From: an uncultured Bdellovibrionales bacterium
GTDB taxonomy: Bacteria > Bdellovibrionota_G > JALEGL01 > JAGRMV01
NCBI GenBank assembly: GCA_964497185.1
Contig: CAZCBX010000002.1
Coordinates: forward strand, 2,533 to 66,532
Length of the DNA: 64,000 nt
Direction of reading: 5' to 3'
Positions 10,220 to 20,114 of the stretch are shown one piece after another. A model generated the notes under the pieces. That model was not told the DNA's origin. It worked only from the letters and a program-made list of their open reading frames with translations, and searched no databases. Every line of letters begins with the position of its first letter. The stretch's first letter is position 1. Position numbers and translations under genes: made by a program.

Positions 10220-12764
10220 ACGATTGATCTTCTTTGGCTTTGATGATTTTTACAGCCTGTGCAAGGTCCAATTTTTTGATATCCACATCTTTTTCCAAGC
10301 CAAAGTTTTTGGTGCCCATTTTTAAAAACGGACCATACTTGCCTTCCATCAGCTCAATTTTCTTTTTCTTTGAGGGGTGTTCTCCCAGCTCCTTGAGCTT
10401 TTTGGAGCCACGTCGGGATACTTTGGGCTCGGCCAACATGGCCAGGGCACGTTTTAAGTCGATGGTGTAGACGTCATCGGGTTCTTTGATGGAGCGAAAA
10501 TCGTCGCCTTTTTGCACATAAGGTCCAAAACGACCGCGATTGGCCCGTATTTCTTCCCCTGTTTCCGGATCGGCACCCAACGTGCGGGGTAAAATTAGCA
10601 AATGCACAGCTTCATCCAGCGTGATGCTGGTGACATTGAGCTCTTTGGGGATGCTTGCTCGTTTGGGTTTGGGGTTGTCATCAGTGACTTCGCCCAGCTG
10701 CACATAAGGGCCGTAACGACCCAACAAGGCATAAATGTTTTCGCCCGTATCGGGATGTTTACCAATCGGCTGGGGGCCTTTTTCTGAAATTTCGATGATC
10801 TCATCAATTTTTTCTTTGGTTAGCTCGGATGGCGCAATGTCATTGGGAATGCTGGCACGAATGTCTTCTTCGCCCTTGGGCGTTTTTTTAATCAAAAATG
10901 GCCCAAAGCGGCCCACGCGCAATTCTACATCCTCATCGAGTTTCTTGAGCAATTTGACTTCACGAGAATCATCCGGGTCAATGTTGGGTTCTTTCTTTTC
11001 AATTTGCGAGCGCAGTCCATTTTTGCCCAGAAAAAACTCCTTTAAATAGGGTTTGGCCTCTCGCGTACCTTCGGCAATTTCGTCCAATGCTTCTTCCATG
11101 GTCGAGGTAAAATTGTAGTCGATAAAATATTCAAAATGCTTTTCCAGCAGCTGAATCACCACAAAACCCGTATAAGAGGGCACCAAAGCCGTCCCTTGTT
11201 TGTGGGCATAATCTCGGTCCATGATGGTGCTGATGATCGACGCGTACGTAGATGGACGACCAATCCCCGATTTTTCCAGGGCCTGAATGAGCGAAGCCTC
11301 CGTGTATCGAGCAATCGGCTTGGTTTCGTGGGGCACTTTTTCCAGCTGGTTGCAGTCCACCGTATCTTTCACCTTTAGATCCGGCAGCAGCACTTCGCGA
11401 TCTTCCAACGCTTCATCGGGGGAGTCCTTGCCTTCCACATACACGCGCAGAAAACCTGGAAACACAATTTTCATGCCCGAGGCGGCAAAAAGCGCATCCT
11501 TGGAAGCAATGCGCACCTGCATGGACTTCTTTTTGGCTTCGGCCATTTGCGAAGCCATGGTGCGTTTCCAAATCAAGTCATAAAGCTTAAATTCGCGGTC
11601 GGATAAGCCTGTTTTGCCGGGTTCGGTAAACTCAGCTCCTGCGGGTCGAATGGCTTCGTGCGCCTCTTGGGCGGCCTTGGACTTGGCGCTAAACTGACGG
11701 GGCTGAGGGCTTAAGTACTCTTTGCCATAGAGTTTTTCAACTTGTTTGCGTGTGGCGGCCAGCGCTTGAGACGATAGGGTGGGTGAATCGGTTCGCATGT
11801 AGGTGATCAACCCTTGCTCGTACAAAGCTTGTGCGGTGCGCATGGTGGTCCGTGAAGTAAAGCCCAATTTTCGACTGGCTTCCTGTTGAAGCGTCGATGT
11901 AATAAAAGGAGGGTAAGGCTTTGATTTAACATCTTTTTCTTCAACCTTGGTGATGTTCCAAGGTCCTTGTTTGAGTTCTTTGAGCAGGGCGCCGGCTTGC
12001 TTTTCATCCACCTGAATCACATCATCGGGTTTCTTCAGTTTGCCTGTGTAGGGCTCAAAATCCTTGCCCGATGCCACGCGTTTGTCGCCCACCTGCACCA
12101 ATTTGGCTTCAAATTCTTTGCCATCTTTGGCCAGCTGCGCTTTTAAATCCCAATACTCTGCTTTGACAAACTTGATGCGTTCTCTTTCGCGTTCCACCAA
12201 CATCCGAACGCCGGCAGACTGAACGCGGCCCGCTGAAAGCCCATAGGCGATTTTTTTCCAAATCAATGGCGAAAGCGAGTAGCCCACCAGACGATCCAAA
12301 ATGCGTCGGGTTTCTTGAGACGCCACCAGCTGATAATCAATGTCACGGGTGTTCTCCAGCGCTTTCTCAATGGCTGATTTGGTGATCTCATGAAACACCA
12401 TGCGTTTGACAGGCACTTTGGGCTTGAGTAGCTCCAACAAATGCCAAGAAATGCTCTCTCCCTCGCGGTCCTCATCTGTGGCCAGATACAATTGAGAACA
12501 ATTTTTTAAATCTTTGCGCAGTTCGGTGATGATCTTCGACTTGCCCTTGGGCACCACATAAATGGGTTCAAAATCTTGGTCGACGTTCACGCCCAGCTTG
12601 GCCCATTCTTCGCCTTTGTATTTGGCAGGAATGGCCGAGGCCGACTGAGGAAGATCTCGTACATGGCCAATGGATGCCTTCACAATAAAATTGGAAGGAA
12701 GAAATTTCTTGATGGTTTTGGCTTTGGTGGGTGACTCAACAATCACTAAGATTTTATCTGACAA
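10218..12764 (-). CDS. topA: DNA topoisomerase I.
   Basis: TOPRIM N-terminus IVESPTKAKTI. 848 aa. The C-terminal GRFGPY(V/L) repeats are typical of TopA C-terminal repeat domains. Confidence 0.9.
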   Translation of the reverse strand: MSDKILVIVESPTKAKTIKKFLPSNFIVKASIGHVRDLPQSASAIPAKYKGEEWAKLGVNVDQDFEPIYVVPKGKSKIITELRKDLKNCSQLYLATDEDREGESISWHLLELLKPKVPVKRMVFHEITKSAIEKALENTRDIDYQLVASQETRRILDRLVGYSLSPLIWKKIAYGLSAGRVQSAGVRMLVERERERIKFVKAEYWDLKAQLAKDGKEFEAKLVQVGDKRVASGKDFEPYTGKLKKPDDVIQVDEKQAGALLKELKQGPWNITKVEEKDVKSKPYPPFITSTLQQEASRKLGFTSRTTMRTAQALYEQGLITYMRTDSPTLSSQALAATRKQVEKLYGKEYLSPQPRQFSAKSKAAQEAHEAIRPAGAEFTEPGKTGLSDREFKLYDLIWKRTMASQMAEAKKKSMQVRIASKDALFAASGMKIVFPGFLRVYVEGKDSPDEALEDREVLLPDLKVKDTVDCNQLEKVPHETKPIARYTEASLIQALEKSGIGRPSTYASIISTIMDRDYAHKQGTALVPSYTGFVVIQLLEKHFEYFIDYNFTSTMEEALDEIAEGTREAKPYLKEFFLGKNGLRSQIEKKEPNIDPDDSREVKLLKKLDEDVELRVGRFGPFLIKKTPKGEEDIRASIPNDIAPSELTKEKIDEIIEISEKGPQPIGKHPDTGENIYALLGRYGPYVQLGEVTDDNPKPKRASIPKELNVTSITLDEAVHLLILPRTLGADPETGEEIRANRGRFGPYVQKGDDFRSIKEPDDVYTIDLKRALAMLAEPKVSRRGSKKLKELGEHPSKKKKIELMEGKYGPFLKMGTKNFGLEKDVDIKKLDLAQAVKIIKAKEDQS

Positions 12765-12886
12765 GATGATAGGTCCTTTAAAAGGGGGTTACGATAACCT
12801 GGCCCATGGCCAGGCGCTATATCTATATTAAGTATTTCTGGTCGTATCCGAGATTTTGCAAAATGTAAAACATCAAACCATTGGCG

Positions 12887-13213
12887 TTAATCGGGCTGTG
12901 GACGCCCCAGCACGTGAAAGTGCAAATGAAACACCTCCTGTCCACCGCCCTCATGGACATTCATTTGAACTTTGTAGCCTTTTTCCAAGCCCGCCTGCTT
13001 GGCAATTTTGGGAATGGTAAGCAGCAAATGCCCCAAAAGACGTTGATCTTCGGCACTGGCATCGTCCAACGTGGCGATTTCTTTTTTGGGAATCACCAAC
13101 AAATGCACGGGCGCGGAAGGTTGAATGTCTTTAAAAGACAAGCAATGTTCATCCTCATACACGATGTCTGCGGGCACCGCTCGATCGATAATTTTTTTAA
13201 AAATGGTCGACAT
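12887..13213 (-). CDS. HIT-family (histidine triad) nucleotide-binding protein.
   Basis: HxHxHxx motif HLHFHVLG near the C-terminus; 108 aa. Confidence 0.8.
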   Translation of the reverse strand: MSTIFKKIIDRAVPADIVYEDEHCLSFKDIQPSAPVHLLVIPKKEIATLDDASAEDQRLLGHLLLTIPKIAKQAGLEKGYKVQMNVHEGGGQEVFHLHFHVLGRPQPD

Positions 13214-13222
13214 GTTGGCCTC

Positions 13223-14809
13223 CTAACGAAATACCACCCAAAGAAAAATAACCGTAAGCACCAGGGTGGTGGACAACAGAACATTGACCGTGCTGACAGA
13301 TGAGGTGGCTGCTTGGTTCTTCTTGGCATATGCAAAGGTGTAACCTTGAAGTGACGCTTCTTTGGGCTGGGCCGTCAACAAGCTGACCCCCACCAAAACT
13401 GCCGAGCAAACCACAAACATAAAAATGGCAAAATGAAGGAAATTCATCTCAATAAAGTACTTTACCAGACCATCGCTAAGGCCCTGTTTTTTATTGATAA
13501 TTTCAAGAGCAAAACGAGCACCACCCAGCACAAAGCCTGTCCACAGTGCGCTGAGGGCGCCGGGTCCGTTGCCACGCACCCAGAAAATCCCAAAGATAAA
13601 CACCACCGCGATGGGCGCCGAAATGTAAGCCTGCACGCTTTGCAAATAAATGTACAGTTCGGTGCTGATGTATTTCATAAATGGAATCCACAAAATACCC
13701 AAAAGCACCATGATCAATGTGGCCCCTTGGCCCACCCATACCAGCTCTTTGTCGGTGGCCTGGGGCCGCCAAGGCTTGTAAAAATCCATGGTGATCAAGG
13801 TGGAGGAAGAGTTAAACACCGAACTCAAAGAAGACATCAGCGCCGCAAGCAAGGCAGCAATCATCAACCCCTTGACACCGGTGGGCAAAAGCTTTTCAAC
13901 CAACATGGGAAAAGCCGTGTCGCCGGTCACCTCTGGAAAAATGGCTTTTGCAGCCAAACCGGGCAAAACCAAGATAAAAACGGGCAAAATCTTTAAAAAA
14001 CCGGCAAAAATCGTGGCTTTTTGGGCAGTTTCTACATTTTTTGCAGCCAATGTTCGCTGCACAATCACCTGGTCGGTACACCAGTACCAAATGCCCAAAA
14101 TGGGCGCGCCAAAAAAGATCCCCGTCCAAGGAAAGTCTGGATCACTGGCGGGCTTAAACATGTGAAAATAATCCTCTGGCAATGCCGCGGTCAAGCCACT
14201 CCAGCCCCCAGCTTTGATCATGCTCAGCACCGTTAGCGCAATGGCACCGGTGATCAATATCACCGTTTGAATCGAATCGGTGATAATCACCGCCCGCAAG
14301 CCGCCAGTGACGGTGTAAATGCCGGTGGCAATTACCAACACCAAGCAGGAAGTCCATAAATTCCAGCCCGCAACCTGCTGCAAAATGATGCTACCGGCAA
14401 AAAGCGACACCGAAATTTTGGTAAAAATGTATGCGCCGATGGACACAGCCGACAGGTAGTTGCGGCAACCTTTATTGTATCGGCGTTCTAGAAATTCGGG
14501 CATCGTAAACACACCCGATCGAATGTAAAATGGCACAAACACCCAGCCCAAAATCAACACGATGATGCACGCCAGCCACTCAAAATGCCCCACGGCCAGG
14601 CCGCTAGACGCCCCCGTACCGGCCAAGCCCACAAAATGCTCGCTGGAAATATTGGACGCAAAAAGCGATGCTCCAATCACAAACCAGCCCATCCCACGGC
14701 CCGCCAAAAAGTAATTCTTGGGCGTATCTTTCTTTCGCCCCGCAAACATCCCAATACCAATCGTCGCCAAAATATACCCAACAATAATCACAAGATCGAG
14801 CGTTTGCAT
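13223..14809 (-). CDS. Sodium:solute symporter family (SSS) transporter.
   Basis: 528 aa, multi-TM. SSF signature regions GGLRAVIITD and FAGF..ILP. Confidence 0.8.
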   Translation of the reverse strand: MQTLDLVIIVGYILATIGIGMFAGRKKDTPKNYFLAGRGMGWFVIGASLFASNISSEHFVGLAGTGASSGLAVGHFEWLACIIVLILGWVFVPFYIRSGVFTMPEFLERRYNKGCRNYLSAVSIGAYIFTKISVSLFAGSIILQQVAGWNLWTSCLVLVIATGIYTVTGGLRAVIITDSIQTVILITGAIALTVLSMIKAGGWSGLTAALPEDYFHMFKPASDPDFPWTGIFFGAPILGIWYWCTDQVIVQRTLAAKNVETAQKATIFAGFLKILPVFILVLPGLAAKAIFPEVTGDTAFPMLVEKLLPTGVKGLMIAALLAALMSSLSSVFNSSSTLITMDFYKPWRPQATDKELVWVGQGATLIMVLLGILWIPFMKYISTELYIYLQSVQAYISAPIAVVFIFGIFWVRGNGPGALSALWTGFVLGGARFALEIINKKQGLSDGLVKYFIEMNFLHFAIFMFVVCSAVLVGVSLLTAQPKEASLQGYTFAYAKKNQAATSSVSTVNVLLSTTLVLTVIFLWVVFR

Positions 14810-14857
14810 AAAAGCTTCTGTAAATTTTCACTCCTCACAAAGCAAGAAAAAAATTGG

Positions 14858-14892
14858 GGACAGACACCATAGGTGTCTGTCCCCAATTTTTC
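14858..14892. terminator. Perfect hairpin ttggggacagacacc-atag-gtgtctgtccccaa flanked by an A-run and a T-run (bidirectional terminator-like), between the NTase gene and the SSS gene.
   Basis: 15-bp perfect stem; T-run on both strands. Confidence 0.5.
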
Positions 14893-15084
14893 ATTGAGGG
14901 CTTTGTGGTTACGACGAGCAGGGCGCGGTTGTCCTAGCAGGTGGATTGAATAATGATTTACTACATATTTCGGAATTCCTGGGACGCGGAATTTCGACTC
15001 CACCATGATCTATCGAATATTATTTGGTATTTTGAATTTAATTTGGATTTCTAGATAACGTAGATCGTTATCCATAAATTCAAT

Positions 15085-15534
15085 TCAATCTTGTTTTTCT
15101 GAAAGTTTTTTTAGAATCTTTAAATCTTCTAAGTCTTTGGGTCGACCAGCAGCTTCTTTCATTTTGATGAGATCATCCAATGAAGCAAAGTTCACTTTTA
15201 TGTCCCCAAGCTCTGATACCATTTTATTTTTCCAAATCTCATCAAAAGATTTCACCCCTTTGACAAAGGGATGAATGTCCAGAGGGAGATCATATTGTCG
15301 AAGCAATATCTTGAAATTGAGAAAATCCTCTTCAGAAGCATCTTCAATATCATAACCAAACGCACGCAAGGCGTCGCGCACTTTTTGAATGTTTCCTTGT
15401 GTAGGGCGAACGAAAAGATCCAGATCAATGGTTGCACGAACCCAGCCATAGGGTGCGAAAGCATTTGCACCAATAACTACATAGTCAACGCTATTTTCGT
15501 TTAACAATTGCAGCAGTTTGGTGATTTTTGTCAT
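15085..15534 (-). CDS. Nucleotidyltransferase-fold protein (possible toxin/antitoxin-type NTase).
   Basis: G-x-N...D-L-D motif (VIGANAFAPYGWVRATIDLDLFV) typical of the pol-beta-type NTase fold. AT-rich. Flanked by about 125-bp direct repeats. Confidence 0.4.
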   Translation of the reverse strand: MTKITKLLQLLNENSVDYVVIGANAFAPYGWVRATIDLDLFVRPTQGNIQKVRDALRAFGYDIEDASEEDFLNFKILLRQYDLPLDIHPFVKGVKSFDEIWKNKMVSELGDIKVNFASLDDLIKMKEAAGRPKDLEDLKILKKLSEKQD

Positions 15535-15679
15535 ACTTTTTTTTAATTTGATATTGGAATATAGAATGCTCTAAATGCATCTCCCACCGTTTTTTAGTGC
15601 TCAATGAAAGATAATACTTCAAATCATCGTCAGCATTGATGCTATCACCTTTTGCAACTTTGAAAATTTTCTTAACCAT
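15491..15679 (-). CDS. Small hypothetical protein (62 aa) upstream of and overlapping the NTase gene; possible partner of a two-gene cassette.
   Basis: ORF only; no recognisable motif. Confidence 0.2.
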   Translation of the reverse strand: MVKKIFKVAKGDSINADDDLKYYLSLSTKKRWEMHLEHSIFQYQIKKKYDKNHQTAAIVKRK

Positions 15680-15785
15680 GGTTTATTATACCAGATCCAG
15701 TCTCTACTGACGAATCAGCAGTGGAGGCATGTGATGCAATCGAAACCAAAATCTAATTCGATTACGGCATACCACCCGTGAATGA

Positions 15786-15925
15786 AATATCAATCGTCGC
15801 CAAAATATACCCAACAATAATCACAAAATCGAGCGTTTGCATCCAAGCTATGTAAGTTCCCCCCCCCACAAAGTAAGAAAAAAAATTGGGGACAGACACT
15901 TCAGGTGTCTGTCCCCAACCATAGG
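15786..15925 (-). pseudogene. Duplicated remnant of the SSS-transporter 5' end plus its upstream hairpin; second copy of the about 125-bp direct repeat at 14757-14905.
   Basis: About 85% identity to 14757-14905. Encodes MQTLDFVIIVGYILATID, which then diverges; compare MQTLDLVIIVGYILATIG of the intact gene. Contains a C9 homopolymer. Confidence 0.6.
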
Positions 15926-16170
15926 GCTCAATCATTACCCTCCAACAAAAATTTAGCAGGAATTTGCGTGCCATTGCTTCGTTGAACGGACTGCGAAATC
16001 AAAGCTGAACATTGCACACCTGCAAGCGGCTTAGGTCGTTGAAACCGTGGATCGACATCTGATGTCGCAAAAGAATACCAAAAATGGCCCAATGGCTTTT
16101 GTAAGTTTTTGAATTTATAGATAAAAATTTTTTATATCATGGTACGGAAATTGCTTATTGTGGATGGAAT

Positions 16171-17598
16171 ATGAAAAATGTATACATGATTGCAGCTTTG
16201 TTCTTTTTGGGGGCCAGTCATGCGCAAGCAAACGTCTGTTCCAATTTATCCACTCTAACCCAGACCCAAGGTGTATACAATGATGGAACCGGAACGGCGC
16301 GTTCTTTTGAGCAGCCAGAACTACTGCGGAATGAGATGCTCGATTTGTACGAGACTCATGTGCAAGATTATTTTGAAAAGGTGTTAACCGAACCAGCTTA
16401 TAGAGAATACCAACGCATGGCTGTGGCGGCATTTATAGAGGACTGCGGTTCTCGCTGCCAAAAAATGCTCAATACCGGCGTACTGCACGGAAAAGTACTT
16501 GAAGAAGCGCGACATGGATTGGTAAAATTGTTTTTTAAGGAATTGGTTTTTATTTCCGACCCAGGCACGAAAGCTTCAAGAAGGTCAGTTATTCCAACCG
16601 AAAAAGAAAAAAACATTAAGAATTTAGCCAGTCACGGCTTGTTTAAGAATTTTATTATTTCCATCAAACGTAAGGCCTATAAACATTACGACATAGCAGC
16701 TTATGCATCACGTCCACAAGAAGTGTTTCAGCAGGTAAAGCCCATCGTGATGGATATCGTGCAAAAATATATTCCATCAGCCATCCATCGTGAACAAATG
16801 TTAAAAAGAATTTCGGAAATTACACTTATGCCAAGTCAATGTGAAAGTCCTGCATGCACGATGGAAATGAAAAAATTTGTGTATGATCACCCGATCAATG
16901 AAGACATGAGCAGATCATTTGCATATTTGTATGACCACCAGAAAATTTTGTATTGTGATTGGTCTTTGGCGAGCAATAACAGCATGTTTCACCTTGTTCA
17001 TGTGATAGCGCATGAAATGGCTCATGCCATCGGGCCATGCACCATCATGTACAAGCGGTCTCAGGATAGTGACTTCTTTTTCGAAGAGCGAACCAACCCA
17101 ACCAAAGCAGCCAAAGAGTTTCCAATACCCGATATCATCCAGTGCCTGCGTGCTGAACAATCTGTTGGCGCACGCCGTTCTGAGTATGAAGTTTCATTTC
17201 TTGAGCCAGGACCATCGCCATTTTGTTCGCAGGAGGGGAACGTAGATGCGGATCATATTGAAGAAGCGTTTGCTGACTGGGTAGCCATTGAGGCTCTGGC
17301 AGCATATGGTGAGAAATACTGGAGGCATTTAACAACTGAACAATTTATCAACGGGTATGCAAATATTTTTCGAGGACAAAATTTTGAAGAGGATAAAGCT
17401 GCCAATCACCCGGATGAGGCGCCATACCCTCATCCTAGCGTAGTTGGAAGAATCGACCGACTCCTACTTGCACACCCGACCATTCGTAAAAATATGGGGT
17501 GTCCAGTTCAAAAAGAAGGACTTTGGCATTGCACTCAAGACTTCCACCCCAGTCAAGCCAACTATCCCGAAACTTTTATTGTATCAGAGCCGGAATAA
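16171..17598 (+). CDS. Putative secreted zinc metallopeptidase (HExxH).
   Basis: Signal peptide MKNVYMIAALFFLGASHAQA. HEMAH zinc-binding motif (VHVIAHEMAHAIG) and a downstream EEAFADWVA that resembles the M13-type ExxxD third-ligand motif. Only 475 aa, so not a canonical M13 peptidase. Confidence 0.4.
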   Translation: MKNVYMIAALFFLGASHAQANVCSNLSTLTQTQGVYNDGTGTARSFEQPELLRNEMLDLYETHVQDYFEKVLTEPAYREYQRMAVAAFIEDCGSRCQKMLNTGVLHGKVLEEARHGLVKLFFKELVFISDPGTKASRRSVIPTEKEKNIKNLASHGLFKNFIISIKRKAYKHYDIAAYASRPQEVFQQVKPIVMDIVQKYIPSAIHREQMLKRISEITLMPSQCESPACTMEMKKFVYDHPINEDMSRSFAYLYDHQKILYCDWSLASNNSMFHLVHVIAHEMAHAIGPCTIMYKRSQDSDFFFEERTNPTKAAKEFPIPDIIQCLRAEQSVGARRSEYEVSFLEPGPSPFCSQEGNVDADHIEEAFADWVAIEALAAYGEKYWRHLTTEQFINGYANIFRGQNFEEDKAANHPDEAPYPHPSVVGRIDRLLLAHPTIRKNMGCPVQKEGLWHCTQDFHPSQANYPETFIVSEPE

Positions 17599-17656
17599 TC
17601 ATTGCAGATAGGACGGGTTTTAAATTCGTCCTTTTAGCTCTACCCATAAAGCAAAT

Positions 17657-18580
17657 TTAAACCAAACGTTGGTTGGTGCTGAATTGGTCGAAGGCGAGTT
17701 TGGCCACGCCCAAAAGGCCGCCGTCGTTCCAGCAGGTGGATTGGACGATGGACGTTTTTAGGGCGGGGTGGTGTTTCATATTGTGGGCAAAGACTTCATC
17801 AATGCCGGGATAAAAAAAGTTGAACGCTTGGCTGACCCGGCCGCCGATGGCCACCACGTCGGGGTCAAATACAAAACATATATTGGATAAAGCTGTGCCC
17901 AACCGGCGGCCCATTTCGTGAAAAATGGCGATGGCTTTGGGGTTGCCCATGGTGGCTTCCTGAAACAAAATTTTTGCCTTCTGTCCGTGCTCTTTTTCAA
18001 GGGCTGTACCCGACACCCATGTTTCCAAGCATCCCACGCCACCACAGCCACAGAGCGGACCGTCTTCGCGAATTTTGATGTGACCCAACTCGGCACCCGC
18101 ACCCCGCGATCCTTTAAACACTTTGCCATCCAGGATGATGCCCGATCCGACCCCGGTGCCCAAGGTGAGCATGATAAATACGTTTGCGCCTTGGCCTTTG
18201 CCGCACCAGTGTTCACCCAAAGCCGCGGCATTGGCATCGTTGGCCACCACCACGGGAAAAGGCAAACGCTCTTCCAACTCTTTTTTGATGGCCACATTTT
18301 TCCACGTTGGGAAATTGGGGGAGGCATAAATCACGCCAGCTTCCGTAGAGGCAAAACCAGGCACTGCAATGCCCAAGCCGCCAATGGCATGGTTGGGGTG
18401 GTTTTGAATGACCTTTTGAACCTCATCGACGATTTGATCCATCACTTTTTGAGGCGTACGGCAGTTTTCTGTTCGAACGCGGGTGGGTGTGGTGAGATGA
18501 CCATGGGCATCCACCAAAGCGGTGCGCAAATTGTGGCCCCCCAAATCAATGGCCAACATGGTTGATGCATTTGTGTCCAT
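17657..18580 (-). CDS. ROK-family glucokinase/sugar kinase.
   Basis: ROK signature CGCGGVGCLE, Gly-rich ATP loop IDLGGHNLR. Confidence 0.75.
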   Translation of the reverse strand: MDTNASTMLAIDLGGHNLRTALVDAHGHLTTPTRVRTENCRTPQKVMDQIVDEVQKVIQNHPNHAIGGLGIAVPGFASTEAGVIYASPNFPTWKNVAIKKELEERLPFPVVVANDANAAALGEHWCGKGQGANVFIMLTLGTGVGSGIILDGKVFKGSRGAGAELGHIKIREDGPLCGCGGVGCLETWVSGTALEKEHGQKAKILFQEATMGNPKAIAIFHEMGRRLGTALSNICFVFDPDVVAIGGRVSQAFNFFYPGIDEVFAHNMKHHPALKTSIVQSTCWNDGGLLGVAKLAFDQFSTNQRLV

Positions 18581-18697
18581 GCATGGGAGCTACCAGATTT
18601 TTAATCAAGAGTAAAAAGTCCTGTTTGCTTTAAGTGCTGTAAGCTGGGTGCTTTGTCATTGGCTCGATGAGATTGTCGTGGTATACCCTTTTGCACT

Positions 18698-19234
18698 ATG
18701 ATTCTATCGGACAAACAAATTAAAAGTGAAATGGCAGATGGCAGCATCAAAATTGAACCCTACCGCGCAGAATGTCTAGGCACCAATTCCTACGATGTCC
18801 ATCTGGGCGCCACCTTGGGCGTATACACCGATGCCATTTTGGATGCCAAAAAAGACAACCCTGTTGAATATTTTGAGATTCCCAAAGAAGGTTTTGTGCT
18901 CAAACCCGGCGTGCTTTACTTGGGCATCACCGAAGAATACACCGAAACCCATCGCCATGTACCATTTTTAGAAGGCAAATCCAGCGCGGGGCGCCTGGGC
19001 ATTGACATTCATGCCACAGCGGGCAAGGGCGACGTAGGTTTTTGCAATTATTGGACCCTAGAAATTTCAGCGCAAATGCCGGTAAAAGTTTATGCCGGTA
19101 TGCCCATCGGTCAGCTGATTTATTTTGGCGTGGATGGCGAGATTGAGGTCAGCTACAAAGATAAGAAAAGCGCCAAATACAACACCAAAGATCCCCGGCC
19201 CATGGGCTCCCAAATGTGGAAAAACTCTTTTTAG
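18698..19234 (+). CDS. dcd: dCTP deaminase.
   Basis: MILSDKQIK N-terminus; 178 aa; conserved dCTP deaminase core. Confidence 0.8.
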   Translation: MILSDKQIKSEMADGSIKIEPYRAECLGTNSYDVHLGATLGVYTDAILDAKKDNPVEYFEIPKEGFVLKPGVLYLGITEEYTETHRHVPFLEGKSSAGRLGIDIHATAGKGDVGFCNYWTLEISAQMPVKVYAGMPIGQLIYFGVDGEIEVSYKDKKSAKYNTKDPRPMGSQMWKNSF

Positions 19235-19254
19235 GTGATGAGCTTCGTAACGGG

Positions 19255-19384
19255 GGGACCGAAGCTTTTTGAGGCTGGCTTCGTTCTCCTTCGTTCATCA
19301 TGCTCACGTACTGAAGTACGCTGCGCTGATTCCACTCTGTGCGGTCTCACCAGCCTCAAAAAGCTTCTAGTCCTCATACGCGCG
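19255..19384. repeat. Family-2-related intergenic repeat: 18-bp perfect inverted repeat gaagctttttgaggctgg / ccagcctcaaaaagcttc enclosing a 71-bp interior. A ctagtcctc motif follows the right arm.
   Basis: Seen directly. Overlaps a spurious 73-aa ORF. Confidence 0.6.
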
Positions 19385-19489
19385 ATTTTTTTTCTGGTTT
19401 GTACAGTGTGGCCTTGCCATCTACGTCAAGCGCTTTGTCCGTTTGGTCTATATTAAACTATGATGAAATGAACACCCTTAGCTAAGGTA

Positions 19490-19557
19490 GCTTTTTGGGC
19501 TTATGCGAGCGTCTCCGTTAGCTGCGCGAGGACTAGCGAGCATCAGCCCAAAAAGCT
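19490..19557. repeat. Family-2 repeat: stems gctttttgggct / agcccaaaaagc around core GCGAGCGTCTCCGTTAGCTGCGCGAGGACTAGCGAG.
   Basis: Conserved core shared with 35461, 35643 and 54188. Confidence 0.75.
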
Positions 19558-19597
19558 GAAAACTGCGCGCGTTTGAAATAAGAACAAAAAACTCGCT

Positions 19598-20056
19598 TTA
19601 AGCCAAGGACAATTTGGCTTTAATGGCATCGACCGATAGGTCTTCTTTGACCAAGTAACCACCAACAAACTCATAGTGTTGGGCACGCTGAACGTCTTCT
19701 TCTCTTTTTGAACTGGTAAACATCACCACCACGGAAATATCCAAATGGTCCATTTGTCGAACTTCTTTGTATTTTTCTAAAAACTCAAAGCCGTTGACCA
19801 TGGGCATGTTCACGTCGAGAAAAATAAACAGGGGCGGAAAGCCGTCGGGATATTTTGCTTTGTTTTCCTTATGGTTCTTTAAAAAAGAGAGCGCTTCCGC
19901 GCCGTCGCTGACTTCAAAGATTTCAAATTCGCGGTCGATTTTGCCCAACGTTCGTTTTAAAATGTATCGATCCTCTTCAGAGTCATCGACAATCATCACT
20001 GAAATTTTTTTATGTTTTGTCATGGTCTTATAAACGATGGTACAGCAATGGTCCAA
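19598..20056 (-). CDS. Single-domain response regulator (CheY-like), paralog of 6997..7521.
   Basis: VMIVDDSEED...FLDVNMPMVNGFEFLE...FTSS; no output domain. Confidence 0.7.
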   Translation of the reverse strand: MDHCCTIVYKTMTKHKKISVMIVDDSEEDRYILKRTLGKIDREFEIFEVSDGAEALSFLKNHKENKAKYPDGFPPLFIFLDVNMPMVNGFEFLEKYKEVRQMDHLDISVVVMFTSSKREEDVQRAQHYEFVGGYLVKEDLSVDAIKAKLSLA

Positions 20057-20114
20057 GCTTGGATAGTTGTTTCAGGATTAAATATTTTTGATACTCGGCG
20101 CGTGAGACGGGAAT

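Noticed and set aside
13433-14165. Plus-strand ORFs (187 aa and 125 aa) antisense to the SSS transporter gene.
   Set aside because: They are antisense to a strongly supported membrane transporter ORF. They are His/Arg/Gly-rich, as expected for antisense of a hydrophobic gene.
15860-15868. C9 homopolymer as a phase-variation switch of a gene.
   Set aside because: It lies within a truncated remnant ORF, not a functional gene. It is mentioned only as a possible slippage or sequencing-error site.
17776-18565. ORFs overlapping the glucokinase gene in other frames or strands (17776..18327, 17918..18565).
   Set aside because: They are overlapped by the ROK kinase ORF carrying the diagnostic CxCGxxGCxE motif.
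19235-19456. 73-aa ORF directly after dcd.
   Set aside because: It lies entirely within palindromic intergenic repeat elements. No RBS or coding signal is present.
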